NCBI GenBank assembly: GCA_030609965.1
Contig: JAUWSQ010000004.1
Coordinates: 217-64,216 of the forward strand
Direction of reading: 5' to 3'
DNA: 64,000 nucleotides
Origin: Candidatus Fermentibacterota bacterium
GTDB lineage: Bacteria > Fermentibacterota > Fermentibacteria > Fermentibacterales > JCC-6
Position 1 is the stretch's first letter, and every line of letters begins with the position of its first letter. Shown here in pieces: positions 9,044 to 18,037 of the stretch. Both the position numbers and the translations under genes were made by a program. The notes under the pieces were generated by a model. That model made no database searches. It was not told the DNA's origin and was given only the letters and a program-made list of their open reading frames with translations.

Positions 9044-10834
9044 TCAGATATCCAGAGCCCTGCTCCAGTTTTCCTCCATACATTTATTCCGAAAGAGAAC
9101 CTGATGCAGCGCTGGTACCTCGGACGACAGTTCAGCCAGATTCCAGTCATTCCCGGACAGCCTAACAGAAACCCCGGCCTCCCACAGTTCTCTGCTTAAT
9201 TCTGCGGGAGAATCTGCATCTATCACCACTGTGCAGATGGCTGCGGCGGATACTATCCAGTCTATATGGAAACGATCAGAACCTTCCATCAGAACAGAAA
9301 CCCTCAAGTTGCCCTGCCTGCCCAGTGCCCTGGCCGTTCTGCCGGAGTAGTCTACAGGGTTGTCCAGCTTTCTTACTATATCCACAAGATCCAGCGGAAA
9401 TTCCTTTTCCGGACATAGAATAACATCGAGAACACAGAAAGGATCAGCCTGCAATCTTGTTCTGATAAAATCAAGCGCCAGGCATCTATTCGCCCATAGA
9501 TCATGGGATGTTATCCTTATTGTTCCATGTCTGAAGGATGGCATAGGTCTGCTAAGATCAGTATCTACGTCAAGATCTATAAGTTCCGTGCCCGGCCAGC
9601 CCTCAAATAGAAGGGGTCTTTCCGCAAGATCAAGGTCGTATCCGACGATATCCGCAATCTCCTCTCTTGCTTCGGCAAAACCGCACATGCTGTCATTGAA
9701 AGATCTGTAATACGGTGGACGGGGCATATGCCTCCTCCTGAACTGCTGTCTCATCACGGTCCCCGGCAGAATAGAGAGGTAGAATGCCTGCACATGCTGA
9801 TGAAGCTCCCTGTCCCTGATCATGAGCGCTGTTCTTACAGCATCCGAAGGAGTGTCACCCGGCAGATCGAGTATGAGGTCAATAACAGGTGATACACCTG
9901 CGTTTTTCAGATTGACGGCTCCATCAAGCACCAATTCAGGGTCAACCGGGCGCCCCGCCCTTGCAAGAGTATTCCTGTTTACTGTCTGAAGTCCGATTTC
10001 GACGTTCTTGAAACCGGCATCAGCAATGCGGGATGCTGTATCCGGTGAAATAAGATCACCCAGCATTTCTCCAAAGAATTCCGCATCAAGCGCTTCCATA
10101 CTTTTTAGAAGCTGAACAAGATCAGCTCTGCTGTTGAAGGAAGGATCCAGGAAAACGATTTCTCCTGCCCCGGCATCGACGAGTCTTCGAAGAAGTCGCT
10201 CAGCATTTTCCGCATCAAGTACCCTTGGTGACGGATGGGTTCTTCTGTACGAGCAGTACGTGCACGCGCCGGCACATCCTCTTATGGTTTCAACATGTAT
10301 GGATGCTCCTCCTGAAGGATCCAGATAACCTGTAAGCCAGGGATTCGGATACATTCCCGGAGTAAAACACATTCCGCCTGCGTCCAGAAAGTTTCCATTG
10401 TTCCTGATGATGTTTCCCGCGGAAACCGGATTCAGAATGCTGCCCGCAAGCTCTTCTCCCTCGCCGGCGACCATCAGGTCGAAACCACCGGAGGAGAGCA
10501 GCCACTCATTATCCCTGGTTACTTCGGGACCTCCAGCGACAGTGATAACACCTGGCAATTCCCTTTTAAGCATATTGGCAAGCCAGAGACTTCGCTCAGC
10601 ATTCCACATGTAAAGGGTGAATGCAACAAGCGCAGGCGACCGGTTCACGATCATCTGTAGAAGAGAGCGGTCTCCTGCAGTGTCAACCGCATTCTGATCA
10701 ATGACTGTTTCAGGAGGAAGGGATGCGGCAGCCGCCAGTGAAGCTCCAGCGAGGGGGACGTTCCCTGTAATTTCAAGGGGGGCCGAGGGGTTCAACGGAA
10801 GTTGGAGTATCAGGGATTTGTTCAGTCTACCCAA
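9044..10834 (-). CDS. Cobalamin-binding radical SAM protein
   Basis: FTLYMWN and GGPEV B12 domain, GEGE, RGCAGACTYC (CxxxCxxC), EIGLQT. Confidence 0.85.
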   Translation of the reverse strand: MGRLNKSLILQLPLNPSAPLEITGNVPLAGASLAAAASLPPETVIDQNAVDTAGDRSLLQMIVNRSPALVAFTLYMWNAERSLWLANMLKRELPGVITVAGGPEVTRDNEWLLSSGGFDLMVAGEGEELAGSILNPVSAGNIIRNNGNFLDAGGMCFTPGMYPNPWLTGYLDPSGGASIHVETIRGCAGACTYCSYRRTHPSPRVLDAENAERLLRRLVDAGAGEIVFLDPSFNSRADLVQLLKSMEALDAEFFGEMLGDLISPDTASRIADAGFKNVEIGLQTVNRNTLARAGRPVDPELVLDGAVNLKNAGVSPVIDLILDLPGDTPSDAVRTALMIRDRELHQHVQAFYLSILPGTVMRQQFRRRHMPRPPYYRSFNDSMCGFAEAREEIADIVGYDLDLAERPLLFEGWPGTELIDLDVDTDLSRPMPSFRHGTIRITSHDLWANRCLALDFIRTRLQADPFCVLDVILCPEKEFPLDLVDIVRKLDNPVDYSGRTARALGRQGNLRVSVLMEGSDRFHIDWIVSAAAICTVVIDADSPAELSRELWEAGVSVRLSGNDWNLAELSSEVPALHQVLFRNKCMEENWSRALDI

Positions 10835-11669
10835 TCCAGCTGCTGCTTAATGATGAAAGATCCGCCAGAAGCCAGATTATGTTGAAGAACCATGCTGCAG
10901 CCACAAAGAATACGGCCGTTGGATGATATAGTTTCAGCCGGCTTTTGAAGAGAGATGTTGCAACCAGAAGAAAAAGCACCAGCACTATCTGCAGGATAGC
11001 TGTGCCAGCCGGGTATCCGTAATTGATGATAAGAAAGGTAAACATGAGTAGAGTTGCCAGGGCACTGTTTGCTGTTATTCTGGTCAGTCTTCTTATCCAG
11101 TATTCCGAATATGCCAATGAGGGCATAAAATAGTAGAACCCGCTTCCTTCCCTTGCCAGCAGGCGCAGAAAGAAGGTTCCGGTGAATGACATTGTGACTG
11201 AAAGCAGAAACAGTACTGTAAATGACATCAGCGACACAATCCAGCCTGCTTCATGAGTTGCAATCTGAATGCTAGCACCAGGAGTTATGCCGCTTATCAG
11301 GAGCATTACCAGAAGAAGAACCTGAATGACGACAGCAGCACCAAGGACTGCCCACTGGTTTATTACTTTTCTATGCAGAATCCTTGTTACCTGGATTAAA
11401 AGCACGAGACCTGCCAGCTGACCGGAGGCGGTGTATATAACCTTAATTCCCGACAGGGCGGCGATAATCGAGAATAGAAAAGCTAACACAATAAGCTGCG
11501 ATACACGCATCAAGGTAAGAAGCCTTGTTATCCTGCCCGTTCCCTTCTGCTCGACCTGTTCAACGGAATCGCCGGCGAGGTCGACATTCATGAATGACGA
11601 ACCACGGTTGAGCCTGTGAAGGATCTCCTCAATAATCAGAAGGAAGAAAAGGATGAGTACAGTTATCAT
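10827..11669 (-). CDS. Polytopic membrane protein, possibly a degenerate CcsA/YpjD-like fold
   Basis: About 8 hydrophobic segments; FYYFMPSLAYSEYW resembles the LPSL..LD loop of CcsA-like proteins; overlaps both neighbours. Confidence 0.45.
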   Translation of the reverse strand: MITVLILFFLLIIEEILHRLNRGSSFMNVDLAGDSVEQVEQKGTGRITRLLTLMRVSQLIVLAFLFSIIAALSGIKVIYTASGQLAGLVLLIQVTRILHRKVINQWAVLGAAVVIQVLLLVMLLISGITPGASIQIATHEAGWIVSLMSFTVLFLLSVTMSFTGTFFLRLLAREGSGFYYFMPSLAYSEYWIRRLTRITANSALATLLMFTFLIINYGYPAGTAILQIVLVLFLLVATSLFKSRLKLYHPTAVFFVAAAWFFNIIWLLADLSSLSSSWIG

Positions 11670-12958
11670 TCAGCGTTCTCCGGATTTCTGACAGTTTTCA
11701 GAACAAGGCCTCCCAATATGAAAAGTATCAGCAGTGAGAGTATGGACAGCCTTGAACTTCCAGTAAGATCGTTAATAAGAGCGAACATCAACGGTCCGAA
11801 TATACTTGTAAATCTCTGTGAAATCGAAAAGAAACCGAAATATTCCGCATTCATTCCTTCAGGTATCAATCTTGAGAAGAACCCCCGGCTGACCGCTTGA
11901 AGCCCGCCCATGAATAGACCGACCATACAGGCGAGGATCCAGAAATCAATTGTTTTCTTCATCCAGAATGCATAGAAGATTATGACTATATAGCCAGCGA
12001 TTCCCGCATAGAGCATTCTCTTTGAACCGAATCTTTTCGCCAAATGGCCGTATATCAGGCTTGCGGGAACTCCAATTGCCTGGGTCAGGAGAAGGGCCCC
12101 GATAAGATGGCCGGAATCGAGACCAAGTTCCGCTTTGCCGTAGATAGTAGCCATCATAATGACCGTCTGTACACCGTTGTTGTACAGAAGGAATGCAAGA
12201 AGGAATCTGAAGATATTCTTCCTCGTTCTTAAATGCCGGAATGTTGAGATGAATGCTGAAAATCCCCGGGCGAAGGACCCGCCAAGTGTCTTTTCACCTC
12301 CGCTTGAACCTTCCGGAACCCGCAGGAAGAGGGGGATTGAGAAAAGGGTCCACCAGGCGGCGACAGACAGAAAAACGAATTTCAGGGCAGTTGCGGTATC
12401 AGCGAATCCGAATAAGGAAGGCTTCCGGATCATAAGGAGGTTCACAGCCAGGAGAATTCCGCCTCCCAGATATCCGAAGGCAAAGCCCCTGGATGAAATA
12501 AGTTCCCTTCTTGCGGGAATCACTGTTGAAACAAGAAGTGAGTTGTAAAATACGTTAGCTCCCGCGAATCCGATCTGTCCGACAATAAGAAGCCCGAGAA
12601 CCGGCCAGATATCTCCAGGCCCCGTAAGTGAAAGAAGTGCCGCTGCCAGCACACCTACTGTCGTCGCAACCCCGAGGAATTGTTTTCTTCTTCCGCCTGC
12701 ATCGGCCACTGCCCCGAGAACCGGAGCGCTCAGAGCTACCAGCAATGCAGCAGCAGCCATTGCGTATCCCCACAATGATGTGGCATTGCTTGAAACACTT
12801 ATTCCGAGAAACGACCAGTTTACCGTGCTGCCTGCGCATATGGTTTCGGCGAAATACACAGGCAGTACCGCCGCCACAATGGTTGTGACGAAAGCCGAAT
12901 TGCCCCAGTCGTAAAGGCACCATGCGTTTTCGGGAGAGAGCCTGAGAAATTTTTTCAG
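11666..12958 (-). CDS. MFS transporter, UMF1/ATG22-like; probable CTG start at 12958
   Basis: Conserved AWCLYDWGNSAF lies upstream of the track start; GAVADAGG, GFAFGYLGG; AAAGGGGA RBS 5 nt before CTG. Confidence 0.88.
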   Translation of the reverse strand: MKKFLRLSPENAWCLYDWGNSAFVTTIVAAVLPVYFAETICAGSTVNWSFLGISVSSNATSLWGYAMAAAALLVALSAPVLGAVADAGGRRKQFLGVATTVGVLAAALLSLTGPGDIWPVLGLLIVGQIGFAGANVFYNSLLVSTVIPARRELISSRGFAFGYLGGGILLAVNLLMIRKPSLFGFADTATALKFVFLSVAAWWTLFSIPLFLRVPEGSSGGEKTLGGSFARGFSAFISTFRHLRTRKNIFRFLLAFLLYNNGVQTVIMMATIYGKAELGLDSGHLIGALLLTQAIGVPASLIYGHLAKRFGSKRMLYAGIAGYIVIIFYAFWMKKTIDFWILACMVGLFMGGLQAVSRGFFSRLIPEGMNAEYFGFFSISQRFTSIFGPLMFALINDLTGSSRLSILSLLILFILGGLVLKTVRNPENAE

Positions 12959-13094
12959 AATATTCCCCTTTCACCGAATGAACATAAACGTTTTAAGACT
13001 TCGATGAAAGACAGTGGTTGCTTTGACAGTCATGGAGTATTTTACTGAACCTGAGAAATTGCGTTGAAGTAATACAACTCACGAAAGGATTAGT

Positions 13095-14747
13095 ATGACA
13101 CTACAAAAGAGAATTGAAGAAGCTGTTAATTCAAGGGATAATGTAAGTAGAAATATTCCCCGTAGTGATATGATACGCAAAGCGGTAGACCGGCGTGAGG
13201 CTGTTGTCAGTGCCTGCGGGTGTCTCTCCACCTGGACTCCTCCGGAATCGACAGGCAGGAGCCCCAAGGACACGCTTATCGTAAAAAGACAGTCAAGCCA
13301 GGACACTATCGACTGGACCAGCCCCAATAACATCCCTGTCGATGAAGAGACATTTAATATGGTCTTTGAAGATGCTCTTGAAAGGCTCAGGGAGGTTCCG
13401 GAGCTGTTCACGACAGACAGGCTGGTGGGCGCCGATCCCACTTACGCATTGCCTGTACATACGATTTCCGACAGGGCACTTCCCGCTCTGTTCACCGATA
13501 ACATGTTCCGCCCGTGGGACAGTGATATCGCTGAGAGTACGTGTTTCAAAGACAGACACTTCACGCTGCTTGTACTTCCTTACCACAAGCTTGATCCCGA
13601 GAAGTACAAGGGGCGTTTGAGGATTGACCCCAGGCTGGGGCATACTTCCACCATGGTGGTAGGAATGGATCTGGACCGATCCATCGGAATCGTTTACGGA
13701 TCAGCGTACGGTGGAAGCGTCAAGAAGCTCATATTCACGGTTATGAACTACATTCTGCCCGGGGAAGGAATTCTCCCGCTTCATTGCAGCGCAAACGAAG
13801 GTGATGACGGTCGAAGCGCTCTTCTTCTTGGTCTTTCGGGAACCGGCAAAACGACGCTTTCAGCGGATGCCTCAAGAGCGCTTCTCGGAGATGATGAGCA
13901 TGGCTGGGGGGATAACGGTATCGCTAATTTCGAGAACGGCTGCTACGCAAAACTAATCGACCTGAACGCTGGTAAAGAACCCGAGATATACAATGCCTGT
14001 TTCCATGAGGATGACTGGCTTGATCACGGTTCGATAATTGAAAATACGATGATGTATCCGGATGGGCATTTTGATCTTTTCGACGCCAGATTGACACCGA
14101 ACTCAAGAGGATCGTATCCGCTGCGTTACCTTTCCAACATCAAGGAATCTTCCGTCGCTGGGCATCCTTCCACCATCCTTTTCCTGACTGCAGACGCTAA
14201 CGGTGTAATCCCTCCTGTATCTAAGTTGACCAAGGCTCAGGCTATGCTCTGGTTCCTTATGGGGTATACCAGCAAGCTTGCCGGAACTGAAACGGGAATC
14301 ACCGAGCCGGTGACTGTATTCTCAAGATTTTTCGGTGAACCTTTCATGCCCCGGAATCCCGATGTTTACGCCTCGATGCTCGGAGACAGGTTAGAAAAGC
14401 ATGATACGGAAGTCTATCTCATTAATACGGGATGGAGCGGTGGACCGTACGGAGTAGGCTCCAGAATGGATCTCCCGCTAACCAGGATCATGGTAAACGC
14501 TGCCCTTTCGGGAGAACTCAGGGATATCAGCTGCCATTGCGATACTGTCTTTCGGGTGATGGTGCCGGATTCATGTCCCGGATTGCAGGATAACTCTATT
14601 CTGAACCCTGTTAATACGTGGGATGATAAGGAAGCTTACAGGGCAAGGGCTCTTAAACTCGCGGGTGAATTCAAGGCACATTTCGATAAAGCCTACGGGA
14701 ATCAGGGTATTTCCGAAGAAATCGCAGGTGAATGCCCCAGAAATTAG
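13095..14747 (+). CDS. pckA: Phosphoenolpyruvate carboxykinase (ATP)
   Basis: TGRSPKD, HCSAN, GLSGTGKTTLS, GDDEHGW, GCYAK, NTGW. Confidence 0.96.
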   Translation: MTLQKRIEEAVNSRDNVSRNIPRSDMIRKAVDRREAVVSACGCLSTWTPPESTGRSPKDTLIVKRQSSQDTIDWTSPNNIPVDEETFNMVFEDALERLREVPELFTTDRLVGADPTYALPVHTISDRALPALFTDNMFRPWDSDIAESTCFKDRHFTLLVLPYHKLDPEKYKGRLRIDPRLGHTSTMVVGMDLDRSIGIVYGSAYGGSVKKLIFTVMNYILPGEGILPLHCSANEGDDGRSALLLGLSGTGKTTLSADASRALLGDDEHGWGDNGIANFENGCYAKLIDLNAGKEPEIYNACFHEDDWLDHGSIIENTMMYPDGHFDLFDARLTPNSRGSYPLRYLSNIKESSVAGHPSTILFLTADANGVIPPVSKLTKAQAMLWFLMGYTSKLAGTETGITEPVTVFSRFFGEPFMPRNPDVYASMLGDRLEKHDTEVYLINTGWSGGPYGVGSRMDLPLTRIMVNAALSGELRDISCHCDTVFRVMVPDSCPGLQDNSILNPVNTWDDKEAYRARALKLAGEFKAHFDKAYGNQGISEEIAGECPRN

Positions 14748-14750
14748 CAT

Positions 14751-14814
14751 AAGGGGTCAGGCACCAAAACTTAACATTCTTAGTGAAAGGGGTCAGGCTA
14801 AATAGTCTGACCCC
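14751..14814. repeat. REP-like GGGGTCAG repeat and hairpin between convergent genes
   Basis: AAGGGGTCAGGC at 14751 and 14787; hairpin GGGGTCAGGCTA-AA-TAGTCTGACCCC 14789-14814. Confidence 0.65.
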
Positions 14815-14823
14815 GATGTTTTC

Positions 14824-15417
14824 TCAATCCTCTCTGAGCAGGAATGGTAGGGGGCCACCGATTACTCCACCGCAGTTAAAATCCCTCCAGCGGGTCAGCG
14901 GATCTCCACAGGCTTCTGCTGCCTCATCTGTCCATTCACCCCTCAGGTAGAAAAGGTATGTAAGAATTCGTTCCCATATCATATTGTCGTAGATGTAGCT
15001 GTACGTCAGTCCCCGCAGGGTTCCATCGTCCCTGAACCATTCACTTTCATCATTGGAGCGGCGCCACCAGAAGGATTCCTCGTGAAGCGAAGCTCTTGAA
15101 TTTGCGTAGGACATATATGCCGAATGATCCTCAACAAAAGCTGAGAGGTATTCAGGAGCATCCGAAAGATCTGCTTCGATCGCATCTGCAAGGATTGCCA
15201 GCTCTGCCTCCATGGCCTCTCTGTAAACTGTTATTGCTGTTTTCATTCCGTACGTGGTTTCAGCATCCTGCCCCAGGTCTTCAATGTATTCCCTGCCCGT
15301 GCAGCTGTAGATATCAGGAATGTAAAAAACCTCTTCACTTCCCGCAGTGGAAGTCAAAATAAGTAATGTTGAAAGCACTGCGACGAAAGTTTTTACAGGA
15401 GCAGTTCTGTTACTCAT
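14824..15417 (-). CDS. Secreted hypothetical protein (weak LprI-like helical pattern)
   Basis: Signal peptide; TTYGM...EAEL...SAYMSY pattern. Confidence 0.55.
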   Translation of the reverse strand: MSNRTAPVKTFVAVLSTLLILTSTAGSEEVFYIPDIYSCTGREYIEDLGQDAETTYGMKTAITVYREAMEAELAILADAIEADLSDAPEYLSAFVEDHSAYMSYANSRASLHEESFWWRRSNDESEWFRDDGTLRGLTYSYIYDNMIWERILTYLFYLRGEWTDEAAEACGDPLTRWRDFNCGGVIGGPLPFLLRED

Positions 15418-15631
15418 GCAATTCCCCCTTACGTGAATATTTTATTATACGGATTGACACCTGATTCCGAAAGGGTCGCAGAATTTCTTCCAGAGATGCT
15501 GATGTCGCCTTATCGGGTGCTTGCGATTATTGTCATATCGACTATATTCGATAAGCGATATGTAAATATCAAGTGAAAATATACGAGTATGACTAACGAT
15601 TTATGCAGAATGATAAGAAAGAAGGTTGCAT

Positions 15632-16963
15632 ATGTCAGTTCAGGCAAAATCGATTCTGGCTAAATGCGAAGAACATAATGTTCATTTTCTTCGGCTTCAG
15701 TTCACAGATATCGACGGAATCATCAAGAATGTTGAAGTACCTGAAAGCCAGTTTGAGAAAGCACTTGACGGACGGGTGATGTTCGATGGTTCTTCAATCG
15801 AGGGTTTCACGAGAATCGAAGAGTCGGATATGGTTCTGATTCCCGATCTCGAGACATTTGCGGTGTTTCCATGGGTTACCGAACACGGAAGGGTCGGCCG
15901 ATTGGTGTGTGACGTGGTTAACCCTGACGGCAGTCCTTTTCCCGGTTGCCCGCGGACACTGCTGAAAAGACAGCTTGAACGGGCAAAGAAAATGGGTTAC
16001 AATGTTATGGCTGGTCCTGAAGCGGAATTTTTCCTGTTTCAGGTTGACGCCTCCGGTAATCCTGTCACCGAAACACACGATAAGGGGAGTTATTTTGATC
16101 TCTCACCTGTGGACAGGGGAGAGGAAGCAAGGCGGGACGTTGCCCTGGTGCTCGAATCCATGGGATACGAAGTTGAAGCAGCACATCACGAGGTTGCTCC
16201 CGGGCAGCACGAAATCGATTTCAAGTACACGGATGCTGTAAAAACGGCTGACAATATCGTTACTTTCAGATTCGTGGTTAAGAAGGTTGCCCTTTCGCAC
16301 GGGCTTCACGCAACATTCATGCCCAAACCGCTTTCAGACGTAAACGGATCGGGAATGCACATGAACATGTCCCTGTTCACACTCTCGGGAGAAAATGCCT
16401 TTGATGACCCGGAAGGAGAGGGTGGGCTGTCGCCGTGTGCAAGAGGTTTCATTGCCGGTCTTCTTCAGCATGCAAGGGCGTTTGTGGCTGTTACCAATCC
16501 CCTTGTCAATTCGTACAAAAGGCTGGTTCCGGGTTACGAGGCTCCGATAAACGTTGCCTGGTCGGAGAAGAACCGATCTCCACTGATACGTGTACCGGCG
16601 AGAAAAGGACTTGAAGCAAGGTGTGAAGTAAGGGTGCCGGATCCGTCATGTAATCCGTACCTGGCACTTGCGGTGCTTCTGGCTGCGGGTCTGGACGGAA
16701 TAGAAAATGGACTGGACTGCGGCAGACCTGTTAATGAGAATATTTTCAAGATGAGTAAACGGGAGAAGAACAGGAGAAAAATTTCTCATTTGCCTTCCAG
16801 CCTTTTTGAAGCTCTTAATTACCTAGAAAAGGATAAGGTGATAATTGAGGCTCTGGGGGAGCACATTTTCGAGCATTTCATGTTCAACAAGAGAAGAGAA
16901 TGGGAAGATTACATCAAGGTAATCCATCATTGGGAGATCGAAAGGTATCTTGAGAGATACTAA
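15632..16963 (+). CDS. glnA: Glutamine synthetase type I
   Basis: FDGSSIEGF, HHEVAPGQHEIDF, ATFMPKP..NGSGMH, NSYKRLVPGYEAP, NPYLA; ATG 15632 after GAAGG. Confidence 0.97.
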   Translation: MSVQAKSILAKCEEHNVHFLRLQFTDIDGIIKNVEVPESQFEKALDGRVMFDGSSIEGFTRIEESDMVLIPDLETFAVFPWVTEHGRVGRLVCDVVNPDGSPFPGCPRTLLKRQLERAKKMGYNVMAGPEAEFFLFQVDASGNPVTETHDKGSYFDLSPVDRGEEARRDVALVLESMGYEVEAAHHEVAPGQHEIDFKYTDAVKTADNIVTFRFVVKKVALSHGLHATFMPKPLSDVNGSGMHMNMSLFTLSGENAFDDPEGEGGLSPCARGFIAGLLQHARAFVAVTNPLVNSYKRLVPGYEAPINVAWSEKNRSPLIRVPARKGLEARCEVRVPDPSCNPYLALAVLLAAGLDGIENGLDCGRPVNENIFKMSKREKNRRKISHLPSSLFEALNYLEKDKVIIEALGEHIFEHFMFNKRREWEDYIKVIHHWEIERYLERY

Positions 16964-18033
16964 ACAGAATTCAGGGGTGATTCCAGAAGCCTTATCTCTT
17001 CCCCTGCTCTGAGCTCAGATGTGCTTTCGTAAGCTGTTTTCAGATCAAGAGCCAGGAATGCTTTCTCTGCAGGCTCCGAACCATAGCTGGTTGCCAGAAT
17101 GATCTGCTGCCCTCCGTAGTCTCCGACATTGTCTCGAATCAGCTCTTCAGGCAGATACCGAAGCGGTGTGTGGCCGGACACGACAAGGATCGAATCGTTC
17201 ATTCTCGTAAGAAAGGTCGAGAGATCGCTGGTATCGTATCCGTCCTTTCTTACTTCCACCGGTCTGCTCCACAGGATCTCATCAATAACTGTTTCGTTCA
17301 GATTGATAATATCCTTCGGATAACTCAATGATCTCGAAGGCCCCGCATGAATGCCTACTATGCCGTTTTCCGTTATTACCGCCACCGGCAATTCCTTAAG
17401 ATACTGATACCTGTCATCGTTCATTCTGCTTACGAAATTGAACTGCTGATAGTACGATCCGCGATCACCGCTGAACAGGTTTTTCACAACCTCCTGCTGA
17501 TTTAATGGTGTCATCGCCTCTTCTGTTATCAGTTTCTCATAAATGCTGACGCATCTGTTCTCATGGTTACCCTGAATGTACAGGAATCGATCACCCTGTT
17601 CATCCAGGCTATTCTGTATCTCACGAATTCGTTCGATGATTCTTGTATCACCGTCATCTTCAGCGTAGATGTCTCCCGGTTTCCTGTCCACTACATCACC
17701 AACGATGAGACCGTAGACATCATCTCCATTCCTCAGTCTTTCAACAATACGGGTACGTTCAAGCCACATCTCAAAATCAGCATACCTGGTATGGAAATCC
17801 GATGCCACGAACAGTTTACCGTGACCTGGCAGAAACACAAGTCCACCATTTCGATGGATCTGCCCTGAACAGTCCTGTTTCGAGAGAATGGTTTCAAGAG
17901 ATGATGCGAATCCTGAGCCATTCCAGTTCAGAAGCAGAAGACCACCGATTGAGGCAGCCTTCCCGAGGAATTCTCTTCTTGTTACCTGTTTGTCCAGATG
18001 CGAAGTACGATCTTGTTGAATACTGTTTTTCAT
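16960..18033 (-). CDS. Tat-exported calcineurin-like metallophosphoesterase
   Basis: TRREFLG Tat motif; SDFH, GDVVD, GNHE, HAG, GHT motifs; ATG 18033 avoids overlap with upstream gene. Confidence 0.85.
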   Translation of the reverse strand: MKNSIQQDRTSHLDKQVTRREFLGKAASIGGLLLLNWNGSGFASSLETILSKQDCSGQIHRNGGLVFLPGHGKLFVASDFHTRYADFEMWLERTRIVERLRNGDDVYGLIVGDVVDRKPGDIYAEDDGDTRIIERIREIQNSLDEQGDRFLYIQGNHENRCVSIYEKLITEEAMTPLNQQEVVKNLFSGDRGSYYQQFNFVSRMNDDRYQYLKELPVAVITENGIVGIHAGPSRSLSYPKDIINLNETVIDEILWSRPVEVRKDGYDTSDLSTFLTRMNDSILVVSGHTPLRYLPEELIRDNVGDYGGQQIILATSYGSEPAEKAFLALDLKTAYESTSELRAGEEIRLLESPLNSV

Positions 18034-18037
18034 GAGG

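Noticed and set aside
12555-12974. 139-aa ORF or frameshifted MFS start
   Set aside because: Same-strand shadow frame; a CTG start explains the MFS N-terminus without a frameshift
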